Below are positions 1 through 13,400 of a DNA stretch of 64,000 nt, piece after piece. Below the pieces are notes generated by a model. That model was not told the DNA's origin and did not search any database. It saw nothing but the letters and a program-made list of their open reading frames with translations. The stretch is taken from positions 10,076,190 through 10,140,189 of the forward strand of contig CM082584.2 in the NCBI GenBank assembly GCA_040954595.2, read 5' to 3'. Both the position numbers and the translations under genes were made by a program. The DNA is from Balanoglossus misakiensis. Taxonomy: Eukaryota; Animalia; Hemichordata. Numbering within the stretch: the first letter of the stretch is position 1; each line of letters opens with the position of its first letter.

Positions 1-1442
1 TTCTGAGTGCGGAAGAGAACGTCACAAATAATGCAGTTATGTTCGTTCAGTCGAATTGATTTGATCCACTGCGTTCCAAAACACAGAAGCAGATGGTGTT
101 TATTTTGTCTTTTCCTCTCTAGTCACAGATGGCAAATTTGGCGGCAGCTGAGGCGTACACGTCACCCCGAGCGGAAAACACAAAAATTCCAAATTGCATC
201 GATTCAACGACAAACAGGAGTGTATGACCACGCGCAAGTAATCACCAGGCAATCTGGCAAACATCGCAGAAAATACATGCGGAAGGCGGTGGCAGTAGTT
301 GGGTATAAACACACAGAGCGCGACAAACTAGACGTATCCGGAAATGACTGCCCCGAGCGTGCAAAGCAATTTCGTAATAAAATAAAATTAGACACTCGAC
401 ACATTCAGAATATTTGCAGCATAACATGAACGCTCAATTTACTCAGTGTCCTGTTATTAGATTATGACTTGCTGTTTACGTCTGTCTAGCCAAGTGAAAC
501 ATAGTGGCCAGAAAAATAATCAAGCATTGGAAGACAATATATATTTTGTAATGGGTTTTGACGTCTGTATACCGAAGATTCAGATTGTTTTTAGTTAACG
601 ACAGTTACATTTTTATAAGTTAATTTAAGTTCACAAACACACAAGCAACCTTAGGGATTAACTTAATTGAATAGTAACCACTGAAGATCTTTTCTTTGGA
701 ATGAGCAATACTTTGATCGAATTGTACGGTCTGGAGAGGTTGTAATATAATGCAGATGGTGCTTAAATGCCAAATATTGAAAAAATAGCAAAGGTAGAAT
801 TAAGTCTGATTTTGATTTGTTTCATTAACATATACAGCATGATTAATCACCAGTTGCTATAGTAATGGTGAGATCTTTGAAATGGACACATCTGTCACTC
901 TTCCTACAGTACATGTGCCATGGATGCATAACATCATTTAATATTAATATAATTGATTAAATTGACCATTCGTTTTTTTTATCCTGATGTCTATCAACCT
1001 GCGAATTTATCTACTATCTCAAAAGTAATACGGAAAATGAAATCAACTCATGACTATTAACAAAGTGACGTCTCTTATCTTTCGGGCTTCTCAATGCTTG
1101 GTTATAACAGAAGTGTTTCAACGAATCAATCAAGATAAAAGGTTTACTTGCAATTTGATACCAAAACATAAATTTCAAATGTGAAATAAGATATGGATAA
1201 ATATAATAGATTCTTCTTATCGCTTATACTGGTATTCTGGTGATGTGCGTTTTATTCTCGGTGACAACGTTGATATTTTTCCGATCTCTCAAAAATTATC
1301 GAGCAAAAGTGATTAAGTTAGTTTGATTAACATCGAAATAGATATCGATGATATTACAATAACGTCTGAAGCAGTGAAAAACATCGGTGGATTAAACTTT
1401 TTTGTCCAGCCCGGCAGCCTTTATTTCACATGAATAGTTTAA

Positions 1443-3401
1443 AGAGCATATCTTGCCTTTTTAAATCTTATCAGAAGGTTAAAAAATGTTCAAAAGAAAT
1501 ATACTATTTTCCAAAAGTGACAATATTTTTCGGGTATCGATTTCTATAATATTTGTTTTGTTCTCATAAAATGCTTCAAAATCCACCCCGTCCTGAAAAG
1601 TCCGAGTTCAGATTTGCTGCATTTTGGTCACGTGACGTGACGTCACAAGAGGAACCGGTCAGGTAGACCAGCTTTAGCGATGCTCACAGGTGTCATACGG
1701 TGTTTTCGTGCTTTTCTGTGTAATACCACAATGGGGAAAGGAGTTGTTTGCCGTGGTTGCAGCAACACATTACCTAGACGGGAGTCACCCGTGTGAGTTC
1801 CACAAAAACGAATGAAAGTCTATGCCACGATCATCAACATCGTACGGTGGATATGAAGCCGGCGCGGCACCGGTGACGGCCGCGGCCGTAACTGTCAATG
1901 CATGACCGTTGAACCATGGTTGAACGATAATCGGCCAGGTTCGAATCACGAGAAGACAATCCCCACCCATACAGGAAAATAGAAGCCTGTCAGCAGGAGA
2001 GGTCGACCAACAGATCGTTTATGCCCGGTATTGGTGTTCATACAATGTTCCAGCGACCGCGATTTACACAGTACTGTAGAGAAGTAGTAGTAGGTGAACT
2101 GGCAGGATGCGTAAACACAATTTTGCGTTGGCCGACATCATGTTGAGATTGTTTATTATTATTCACGCTTCCGTCTGGCTAACCGGTACCCAGTGACCGC
2201 AAACTACGATAATTAAGGTTGACAGCAATCGATGTAAAAACTTGAACGTTCAAAATATTACCGTTACTATTTCACGTTTTTTTTCAGTCGTACCTTTGTA
2301 TGGCTTCGGCTGAATGGTCGCCATCTTTCTTTTCTAATTTCTTTGTTTACAAGTTTTACGTCGCGCTATGTCCGACTCATCGGCTCCAAAACACACTGTA
2401 CAAATTTTGAAACAAAATATGTTGAATAAATTTTGCCTCGTGTGAGTGAAAACTGTTTCCAAACTTAGATATTCGTGTGTATCAATGAAAATGTTTCATG
2501 CTTTGTGAGCGTGAGTGGGTCGGCCTGGCATGATCGCCTGTTGCTGTTGGTTGTATGGTTTCATTTTGTTATAATGCAGTATGAAGCATGTCAAGGTACT
2601 TCCATGATTACAGCGACAAGTCATAAATGTTTCTGTTTGTCATCACCAAAAAGGCATAGCTTACATGTAATTCAAAAGACAGAATTTTAGTGCTGGTAGT
2701 AAATATACATCGCGGCGCGATATGTGTCATCGCTGCCGATCGGCGCTGATGGAGTTCCCTTGACCTTGTACAATAACACACGCGTATTTTGTCTGTTAAG
2801 GCAGTCATTGAAAATCGCCAAAAAGACCACGATCAGTTATCAATAAGTTGACATTGTCCAAGATAAGTAGATTTAGTCCCAACACTCTAGACCTAAACCT
2901 CTGGGCAATATTCGACGGTTTAATCGAGGCAGCAATCATTGTATGTGTAAGCTTAAGGTGCCTATACACATCCGCTGCCATTGCATGTTGTGTACTGCTT
3001 GCAATGCGAAGCCGTAGCCTAACCGGGCCGAGTTTTTTTTTTCATAATCGCATCTCCCCTAGATGATAAGGTAGACATATGTACGTTTATTTTGAAGGGT
3101 ACGGGGGATACAGAGTTGTACCCAGGCTGACACAGCAAAGCCGTTTAGATCACAGGCATGTATGGTTGCAATTCAACCACTGCAATGTACAGTGCTAAGT
3201 CTGTTGCAAACGTAAATGGTTCCTCTTGTGACGTCACGGAAATGGGCGTGGCCAAAACAGAACTTTTTTCTCAGGCCCTGAACATTTTTAAATTTAACAT
3301 TTATTTATCCATATGAAATAAGTAAAAGGACACCAGCATTTAACACACAAGCCCAATTATTATTTATCCTCAAAAGTGTGTTTCGAGGTAAGATAGGCTC
3401 T
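1443..3401. mobile_element. Degenerate Kolobok-like DNA transposon (TTAA target-site duplication, 16-bp imperfect TIRs)
   Basis: TTAA at 1439-1442 and 3402-3405. The left end AGAGCATATCTTGCCT matches the reverse complement of the right end (AGAGCCTATCTTACCT) at 14/16 positions, giving RR..YY termini. Inside are a frameshifted THAP-like start at about 1731-1810 (+; MGK..C.GCSNT..LDG) and a minus-strand remnant at about 2700-2810 (CLNRQNTRVLLY...DDTYRAAMY) resembling the Kolobok accessory protein. Confidence 0.6.
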
Positions 3402-6400
3402 TTAAGGCTACACTTATTAAAAATGTATATTACTCTCTGATGAAAAGGAAGATAATCCTTTATAAATTCATTATTTATCTGACCTTTTCAGACGAGTGTG
3501 GATGTCCTTGTACTTTGATGGTCGGTTTTAATCGGCATTCTCATAACGTTTATGTATCTATTTCAAGGGTAACAATGATATAAATTGACAAACAGGAAAT
3601 TACTGATTCATCCCTGCGACCTGTGAATTTCAAACATAAAACGCTAGTACATGCATTTGTACTAAATAAAGACATATTTTTCTATATTACCGTTAAAAAA
3701 AGAAATATGTCAGCTTGGTAGCCATATGCTATTATAGACCACCAACACCGACACGCTTTTCTGGTTCTGATAACCTGCCAGTCAGTGGTTGCGTTCATCT
3801 ATTGATGAAAGGAACATGAACTTTGACCCTAATCGCACTGACGTCGCTCGACAGCGGTCCATAAATGATCTCGATAACCGGGTAATGTTTTGGTTGTGGG
3901 AGTCTTTTGAGGTTGAGACACGATGATGGTGATCACTTGTTTCCATCACAATGAGCCGACTGAACCGTGATATCGTGATCAAAAAATGTGGGCCACCAAA
4001 ACGGTGAGTTCAATTTTGCAACATTCAATGACATAGTGCCAATCACATGACTAGACTTGTTGGCTCCTCATTCTTGCAAAAAGTACAGAATGTCGTGTTT
4101 TTCATTTAAAACTGTGACATTGATTTTGACATCATAGCATGTCGTATAAGCTACACTTATTGGTTAGGAGAATCGTGTCATGATTTTTTTCCACATGTGA
4201 CGTCATGCGAAAATGATCAGTAATCATCGAAACGATATACCTAGTATAATCAAATAAAAAAAATTGAATATTTCAATTTCATGCGGCAACATGATATACG
4301 AATGAAATGCTAAATAGGAAGAACATCTAACCAGAAATTGCGTTCGACATTTAAAATAGTTAGTCTGATTTCTGCCAAATGACACGACTTGACTGACAGA
4401 ATATTAGTGTCTTTTATTACCACTGCCAATTTTAAATGCCTGCATGACTAGTCGTTTTGTCCAAGTTCGTGGTATATGAGAAAGGATTTTTCCGCAATTA
4501 TCCACAATTTGTCCTCGTAATAAAACCCCTACACAATTGAAATGGCCTTTTATTACTGTACTGCCGGCAAACATACGGAAATCCGTCAAACCGTAAAATT
4601 TCCGAGACAGGATTCCGGGCCTTTGCAGGTGTCAAGTACTCTTGTGATGAAACCACATTGGCAACCGTCACCAATTAAAGTGATTAAACTGTCATCATGA
4701 AGAGGGCTTGAAAAGCAGTCACTGCACTGTAGGTTTTTTTTTTCAAACTCGCTGTAACGCACAAATGGAAACTGCCTTGGAATGAGAGGCTGCAGTTTTA
4801 AACATACACTGTATAATAAGAGTGGCTGTATACTTTTAATATTACGTACGTCAAAATGACTGCCTACCGCCATATTGACCTATCTTCAAAAGCATTATAT
4901 TTGAAAAGCATTCGCATGATATCAGTTAAGTGTCTATCTCTCAGTTCATCTATACCCAAATTTGTACTTTGAAAGCGATACAGCTGGTGCATGCCCCAAT
5001 GTGCATCATACAGGCCATATGTGTATGCAATTATTGTTTATAGATAAGCGATGACATGCTATCGACAGAGATTGCTTGTATAAGCACACAACAATATGCT
5101 GAACCTGAAATGTGTGTCTCATATATTCTATTTCATTTATCACACAAAATCATGTAAGTAATTCGGTTGCGATTTTTTATAAAAACTGGGTGCGATAGAT
5201 CAAGGGAATCAAAACGTCTGATGCAAATACCGTTCTTCCGTCCCACCTAACAGCAAACATAGTGTCATTCAAACTTTTTTCGCTGATCTCGTCCAAAGGT
5301 GAGATTGAAGCAATTGCTGGGACTTGCCAAAGGCTAATTAGACCTTCGCCAGGTATTAACTTCTGCCCTGCCCTAGCTGATGGAGATTGACCTCTTGGGT
5401 CATTCGTGTTTTCCCGCGCCTCCAAAACAAAAAACATGCAAGCTAAAGTACAATCGGTCAATGACCAGAGTCAATATAATGTTAAAATGCCACAGTATAC
5501 GACAATTGATGAAATAATTTGTGTCGATCGAAATATAACCATTCCCAAGTACCCAAGCTTATAGAGTCAAATTATCTGTAATATGCTTATTGAAGCAAGT
5601 TCGGTTGGGTTCAATGTTTCATTAAAAAGACATCACCATCGAAGAGCTGACAGGGGGTGACACAGAAAATGATCCATATCGTTCAGTAATAACACGTAGC
5701 GCTTTGAGTGGATTATTGACCTGGTCTCCAGTCGTGATCTTCAGCAAATTAATGTCATCACTACATTGAATGGGGGGAGTAGCACCAAGCAGACGTTCTT
5801 ATTTCGCGATCGATTCGGAAAGTGTTAAGATGTTAAAATCGGGAAGAAAATATCCCTGTTTAAGTTTAGTTACTGAAGCAGCGTGTCTGGAGATGGGGAT
5901 TTCGCTCAGCGGTTTCTTGTGCAGACTTAACTGACAAACTAAATTAATTCATTAATTTCATACCACTTTCAAAACCGCCACAGTAACTAAATAGGATGAA
6001 TGGCAAGAACAATCATTGAAGCTGTCACTGAATAATCGACGTGTCAGAAGCTAGAGTTAAGTTCATGTAGGTATGACACATGTACTTTTTTCATGGTATA
6101 TCTTTTGTGAGCTAATATCCTCCAAATTTTTGCATATAAACCACCCGCTGTGCGAGAATATTCCAATGAAAATTGCAACTGGCCTACAATTTACCACCGA
6201 CCGCACATCTGTCGTCGAACAGGTTGGTATAGTAACTGACCACGCAGCTTACTACAAATGCGCTAATGTCGCACGTCTTTGAGAAATTTAGTGTTATTCA
6301 GCGCCATATATTTTTCAAAATTAATGAATACTTGATTGTCAAGCAGTAAGCCCTGCCATGCATATGACGCATACAGACAGTAGATTAAGTATAAACCATT

Positions 6401-6881
6401 TTGTATTTCGCGCACACACTGTCGGCGTTTTTTGTCAATCGAGTTGCACTGTTCACCAACTGCAATCCAACCTGCTGGCTTGTACCTGAGGTGACGGGTT
6501 GTCACTCCGAGTAATTCACCAGCTCTGTCGGATCCCTGTGTTCGATAATCTGGGATTTATTTGCACCTCGAGATTGGATCTACTACGATTAGGCTACGGC
6601 TTGGTTCCGCAGAGTGGTCCAAAAACTCAAGCCGAGATCAGTCTTGTGGGCAAGATTGACGCAGTACACCCTGACCTGATTCTGCCGATCGATTCGAATA
6701 TTCCTTCGTGTAATTACTCAGTAACACCATAATAACTATTACAATTTCTTCTATTAATCCCTAACACAAGGCTGTCAATCCAAGAATTCGAAAAGAGACT
6801 ATTAAAAGCAAGACTTTCCGCATTCAAACTCAATAGAAATTGTTTGGAAATACACGTATTCTTTCTCCTTAGATATACCTG

Positions 6882-7600
6882 TCACATCAGGTGCTGGCAG
6901 TGTGTTTTTGACTGAGGTTCCACTGTGACTGGCTCAATAACTAAAGACTTCGTATGGATTTTACGTACAGGATTAGAAATGAAGTTAACTTTTAAACGGA
7001 CAGGTAAATTATGTTTTGCCGCAATCAAGTTGCAGCTTGTTGTCTGTCGGCCATCTTTGAATTCTTTGTATACATCCTTCAATTGGTGTAATTGAAGTTG
7101 GCGCTGGTGAATGTCAAATGCAGATGGATGAACATCGTTGGCATATTGATGAAGCCAAAGATTGCGACGGCGAATACACTGGTCGAGTGGAGTTGTGTAA
7201 AGTAAAGTATACCATTCACAAAAATAATGATGGAACTGACAGGCAATATGTTTCTGATTATTTGCATATCTAAAACATTTTGCGAAGTAAAGTAGTACAT
7301 CAAGGAGTGCCACGTCATACTGCCAGTACTTGGCACTGATATTACGGATACATCACCATTTAATAATGCTAACAGATGATTGGCTGAGTCGTGTCAGCAG
7401 TTGCTGTCTTGCATATTAGCAAATCTTTAAAAAACACGGAAGGGGTGTTCTGTTTATATTTGATATGAAATGCCTGGACAATTGCAGTCCTAGACCTTAT
7501 TAACGGGCATTCAATCATCATTTGTATTTCAAAATTACACGTAAAGTTGTTTTCTCTTCCTGTGTGCGCCAGAAATATTACAACTGTATGAAAGGTTGCG
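6882..7600 (-). pseudogene. Possible decayed class A GPCR or other multipass membrane-protein pseudogene
   Basis: Three overlapping minus-strand ORFs in different frames give hydrophobic segments with eroded GPCR-like motifs: KYKQNTPSVFFKDLLICKTATAD (ICL1/TM2-like), YQCQVLA (TM3 Cys), ALLDVLLYFAKCFRY (DRY/PxRY-like) and later hydrophobic stretches. There are many stops and frameshifts. Confidence 0.3.
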
Positions 7601-8440
7601 AACTCGACGCCGGAAAGGCACGCAATATGAATTATCATTCGGCGACCGAACCGGTTTCCATAGTGACCGATCCAAAGATCGCTTGAAAAGGCTTTCAGGT
7701 TGTAGTGATTACTCTTTGTGGCTTATCCTGAAGTCACGCACTTGCGTGAAAATGAAATACAGACGTTTACTCTGTATCGTAATTTCATATTTACTCAGTT
7801 TCATTGTGGATTTTAGCAGTAGATGAACATAAAATGGTTGAATGTTTCATACATACAGATGCTTTCTTTCCTGTGATCTTTTACGTCACATATTGCCACA
7901 CTGAATACATGCATTAAAATATGGACGCACGGGACACACTGCCTGTAAACAACTATGTATATGACAATTTTCAAGACCTTGTCGAGAAATTTGAAACCAG
8001 TACATCCATACATCTATGGATAAACCATATGGATAAACCTATCATCTGACTCTCAGAACCTACAGAACAGTACCCGATTCCCATAAGCGCATAATGTCAG
8101 GAGAATATAATCTAGAATAATCAGACCGCACATTGCAACTTGTCGTCCTTATTGCAAAGTAAGAGGATTTAGTTTTCACTTCAAGCTAGTAAGTTCAACT
8201 GTGTAAGGTTAATTAAAGTTAGGCAAATCCTGAATTTACAGAACGGAATTACCGTGTAACAAGCTGCAAATGCTATTGGAACATATGTATGTGTTATTTT
8301 CGTGTTCATAGACTAGAAGTACTCAGAAGTTCATTACATCTTGAATAGATCAGCTGTGATGGGTGGAGCCACGGGATTCTCCTGGTTACACTGACATTTT
8401 GAAAGAACATGTCACGTGTGATTGCTCAGGGTTACAGTAC

Positions 8441-8448
8441 TATATAAA
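8441..8448 (+). promoter_or_regulatory. Candidate TATA box upstream of the GPCR gene
   Basis: TATATAAA lies about 870 bp upstream of the GPCR ATG. A polypyrimidine tract plus CAG acceptor ending at 8941 suggests a 5' UTR intron. Motif match only. Confidence 0.25.
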
Positions 8449-9309
8449 GGATCGTGTGGTATATTCTTATCACTGAAACATTGATACAGACCACTCTGGG
8501 CAAGGCTAATGTTTTGTTTCAAATACCGGCTAGCAACTTTTGCCAACATTTGCAACCCAACTGTCACATTCAAAAGACTCGCCTTGCAATCCCAGGAATT
8601 GGCCTCTGGTGCCCGACGGGTTAAATAATGTCTATCCCTCCGCGTCGTGTCGTCGTAAAGAGAGGTGTGTTTGTCTCTAACAAATCAAGCTGAGAGAAGG
8701 CGAATTACGCGGCTTATCCAATAAAACCCTCTGTGCTTTGACAAGGGCGAGGTGATAGGATACCGTATAAGGAAGTGTTGTTTAATTTCCTGTGATTTGA
8801 TGGCGAGCATATGCGACACAATGCGGAGGACATGGTGTGCCCACGAGGTAATGAAACACGTTGGCTGTCAGCATTGAAAAGAAAACAGGAATCTCGTTTA
8901 TTAATTTCATTTAACGTGTTTTACTTTCTCGTTCGTTCCAGGTATCAACTTGGGTGGCCTGAGGTGACAGCAGCTATAGAATTTTTACAGCATCGCAGAT
9001 AAAACTGATGACACCTTAATTTATATCACTGCCTGCTGAAAATACACTCGCGGCGGAGAGAAGCACACTGTTGTATGCGGCATCTCGAACGATCAAGTCT
9101 GCAACATTCGTTGGAGTGACTTCTTTCGCACTCAACTAGAGAATTCCACAGAGTCTTGGACAATAGGCAGCTGTGTACGCATTCAAACACCAAGTGACAT
9201 ATTTTAAAAAGAGCGTTTGGCACAATCGGGGATCTTCGGATGAAGTTTTGACTGTCGGCGGCATTTTGTTTTCAAGTTTGGGGATAGTATATCGTAATAC
9301 TCGTGCATC

Positions 9310-10401
9310 ATGAACGATAGTAACACAACGTTATGGAACTCGACAGTCAGTCCAGGCAACGAGACCGTGACACAGGCCCCGGGTGGCGGAGGAGTGGACG
9401 ATGGAAATATCGACGTGATCATGAAGGTAATATTCGCTATTATCGGTATCACCGGCGTGATTGGTAACATTCTGGTGATCACCGTCTTCTTCAGAATTCA
9501 CAGAGCTTCACCGACGGGGCTTACCAGTACGAACATATTCATCATGAATCAGTCGTGCATCGACCTTGTGAGTTCCATCTTCTTGCTCGCCGTGAACTTG
9601 ATACCGACTGGCTACATCCCTCACGGCGTCGCGGGCGACGTCTTCTGTAAACTGTGGGTGTCCAGCCTGTACCCGATGTGGGCCTGCTTCCTGGGCTCCA
9701 CGCTCAACTTGGTGTTCCTGACGTTCGAGCGCTACTTCGCCATATGCCACCCGATCAAGCACCACGCCAGCTTCTCCCAGCGGAAGGCGCGCATCATGGT
9801 GGCCGTGGTGTGGCCCGTCTGCTTCGTGTACGAGCTCCACTGGGCCATGGTGCAGGAGTCGGACGACAGCGGCGGTTGCCGACAGATCTGGGTCAGCGGT
9901 CTGGACGTCCTGGGCGTCATCGTCTTCTTGTTCCAGTACGTCACGCCCATCATCATCATGACCTTCGCCTACATCAGCATCCTGAAGGTCGTCAGGAGGC
10001 AGAGCAAAATACACACCACTGACATACGAACTGTGTCGCACGCCGCGGCCCAGAGCCAGGGCCCCAACGCCGCCGGCGCCGGCGCCCCCGCAGCGCAGAA
10101 GAGCCTGTCGAAGACCGAGAAGAATATCATCTCCACTTTACTGATCGTCGCCGTGACCTACACCATCTGCTGGTCGCCCAACCAGATCATCTACTTCTGG
10201 TTCAACCTGGGCTTCTACGTCAACTTCAACAGCATCTTCTTCCGCTACACAGTGGTGTCTGTGTGCTGCAACATGTGCGTCAACCCCTTCATCTACGCGG
10301 CCAAGTTGAAAGAGTTCCGGCAGGAGTGCCGGAAAATCCTCGGTCGCCACCGACCCGGACAGAACAACGACCAGTCCGTCACCATGTCCAGCAATACGTG
10401 A
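9310..10401 (+). CDS. Rhodopsin-family (class A) GPCR, galanin/allatostatin-A/somatostatin receptor-like orphan; intronless CDS, 363 aa
   Basis: Seven hydrophobic helices; N-terminal N-glycosylation sites (NDS, NTT, NST, NET); TM1 GVIGN; TM2 NQSCIDL; TM3 CKLW...LTFERYFAICHP; TM6 CWSPNQ; TM7 NPFIY followed by helix 8 (KEFRQ). Coding-like GC bias. Confidence 0.95.
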   Translation: MNDSNTTLWNSTVSPGNETVTQAPGGGGVDDGNIDVIMKVIFAIIGITGVIGNILVITVFFRIHRASPTGLTSTNIFIMNQSCIDLVSSIFLLAVNLIPTGYIPHGVAGDVFCKLWVSSLYPMWACFLGSTLNLVFLTFERYFAICHPIKHHASFSQRKARIMVAVVWPVCFVYELHWAMVQESDDSGGCRQIWVSGLDVLGVIVFLFQYVTPIIIMTFAYISILKVVRRQSKIHTTDIRTVSHAAAQSQGPNAAGAGAPAAQKSLSKTEKNIISTLLIVAVTYTICWSPNQIIYFWFNLGFYVNFNSIFFRYTVVSVCCNMCVNPFIYAAKLKEFRQECRKILGRHRPGQNNDQSVTMSSNT

Positions 10402-13400
10402 TCTGATTTCCGCCACTATTGTTTCACTTCACAAGAGGACACAATAACAACGGACAATGAAAAGGGGGACAATAGAATGTTTTGTCAGTGGGTAAACCCC
10501 AGCACTTTTAGTCTATTGAAATTTTCTGAAAACTTTCATATTTGAGAACTATTTCCTATCATGACGAAACGTCACTGGAAACACTTACAGCACATTCGCT
10601 TTCGCAGTTGCTCAAAAGATTTAGAAGCGACCGCATGAAATTGAGTCATATACTCATCTTTCATGGTATTTTGGAATTTGAATCCCCCGTGGTTGTAGAA
10701 ATGCTTATAAATTTACTTTTTGTGAAATTTATGGGAAAACGAAAATACCAAAGATCATTTCTGCTGACATTCATCGAGGGACTACGCAATCAGTTAATGG
10801 CTAATCGTTTCTAGATTCCCCCGAGATTGTTGACTTTTCTCGTAGAATGATATTCTTTTGTCTTCTTTTTACGGGGAAATGTTGATTTATATAGTGTGTC
10901 TGGGAAGCTATGGCGCTCGTTATAGGGAACCCATTAATGATGAAACCATCAAAGGTTTTTCCGGTTAAACTCTCGTTCAACGGTAACATATGTTTTGAAT
11001 AAGCACTCCATTTGCTTGAATAGGTGCACCCATTTTGGAAATCTGCACTCTATGACGTAGGCGGGCCTACGTTGACATGGATATTAAAATAGCAAACACT
11101 GTTTTATTATCGCAGCTATATAAATGAACGCCTTTCTCATCAAAAGAATCTTTTAGTATATGACGCAAGCAGAGTTGCCGCCTGTCATTGTTGCTGGGCC
11201 TGGCTGATTTTAATCGTTCCACAGCTGCCGGTACAAAAATGGAGCGTTGCCTTTAACTCAGACAGACGCGTTTCTCTGCCGCGGGGCGTTGAAACGTCGA
11301 TTGGAATCCATGTTTTATTTAAGCTCAAATGTAGAAATAAAGATCATGCACATCATTTGAATGTAATATTTTTACATATATTAGACTGTTAACAGAGTAT
11401 CAAGGTTTTGCGTCACTACAAATAATGTTCTGCAATGAATTCACAGACTTTTCAACTTTAGCATACTTCCTTGGACGTTTCAGCGAAATCAACTCTGGGC
11501 TCGTGCTGGAGACTGGAAAATATGTGGTCGTGACAAAATCCCTGTCATCTCTCCGCGCTATATAACAGGTCGTAAGAGCCAGAGTTGGCGAAGGATCTAG
11601 GAAGCGCCTCGAACGACAGGTTTTCCAGTCTATGCTCGAGCCATCATATTTTTTGGGCGAATAAGCTACCTCTGATTTGACACCATCTGAACACTTCCTT
11701 TCCTCATTCCATAAACAGAATATTTCCAAGTATAATTTCTCGAATATCTTTATTGTACAGTTGACTGTAATTTATTACACGCATATTTATTCCAGATGCT
11801 ACATTAATTATTCTTTACTTGCTGTCTTTGCTGTATTGTGTTTCACAATTGTGTAACAAAGCGCTTCAAAATAATAAATACTCTTACACCCTAACGTCAT
11901 TTAAGAAATATTGTTAGTTTTGGTATTGTGTTGTGTTTATTTTGAGTGTGGTTACCATAGTTTCAAGTTAAGAGCTGCACTCTAAGATTTCAAGAAAACT
12001 GAAATTCTGTCCCTTACATATTTGTTATTAGGCCTAAACAAAAATATATGCGTTTCCGTTTACAATAAACATGCCCTATTCAACATGTTCATGTTATCTT
12101 ACCCCAGGCCTGTTTTTGTTGTTTTGACAATACCAAACACAGGCTGGCAACATGGACACTATACACATGCATGTTTTATAATCTATACAGCACAAAGGAT
12201 ATAATACCCTGGAAACATCCTGCAAGAATAGTTCTCAAGGGCAAGTCTAAATATAGTGATTCGCTTTTCTCCCCAAAATACTCAAATACTTCATAACATT
12301 TAAGACGGTGCAATTGCACTAATAGAAAGGCTTACAGAATGGAAAGTACGTACTTCACTACGGATGATGGGCAGCGAATAACATAATGGGATCACGTGCA
12401 AGCTGCAACTATGACTACCAAGCCACAAAAGAAGGCGCTGTGCGTTTCTTGAGGAACTAATTACAATTATGATGGCATTAAGGGAAGTTTCATCTCATTT
12501 TAAATGCATTCTATACGGGATAGCTTTTTTGGTGTATTGAAGCTAAACAGATCAGAACAAACAAATCCCCGGGTGCTGCGAATTATTCCGTTCTGATTCA
12601 CACCGTTTAATCACGTTGGCGTATCACACGATGGACGCAGATGAAAGTCTTCTTTGCAAATCGGCGTTTGAAACAGCTGACAATGGAGAGTGGCATCTTG
12701 CCCGCCGGGTGTAATGTTTATGACAAACTCGATGATTTCTCGCAACAATGGAGAAAAGAAGCCTCGCTCAATCAGATGGATTCCACGGTAAATATCATCA
12801 AGTCGAAGAAGATATTTTACCGCTTTATTCGCAAGAATGACATGACATCACTGCGAACCCACGCATCGCTTGATAAATTTAAATTTCCCGATAAATGGTA
12901 ATCTTCATCAATGATTGTTTTTGACAGTTTGCTCAAAGCTGTTTTACGGCTTGAATCGACCAGAGCAGGTGCATATATTTTTTTATGGTCGAGGTAATAA
13001 TTGGAGCCCATCAAACGAATAAGATATTGGCACCAACTCAGTTTCTTTTGAGTAATTGGGCACATTTCGTTTGATGGCACACATTGGAAGCCCCCAAGAG
13101 CAAGGGAAATAAAAAAATAAATGTGCACTTATATGACTGCCTCCGTTTTACAGCTGCGACGGGCTCTTTCTCAGAAATTGACACAAAGGCACATACCCCC
13201 GCCTGTGAAACCTGGATTCCCAAGGTTTTTACGCACTGACAGAGAAAAATAGACAGACACAGATATACCGGTAGACTGCTTCATATGTATACGTCACACA
13301 ATATGACGATTGCTTCTCCGCATCTGCCCCCGCAGTACCAGTTCCCACTGGACAAATTGCCCCCATCAAGATAATTAAAGCCTCCAAGAAGGTTGTTACC

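Noticed and set aside
7-429. 140-aa ORF at the window start
   Set aside because: GTG start, no homology cues and no coding-like composition.
4404-5461. Cluster of short minus-strand ORFs as a decayed gene or transposase
   Set aside because: No motif that I can assign with confidence.
9508-10416. Long antisense or alternate-frame ORFs over the GPCR (and likewise 43151-43900 and 48530-48951)
   Set aside because: These are shadows of GC3-rich coding sequence with no recognisable domains.
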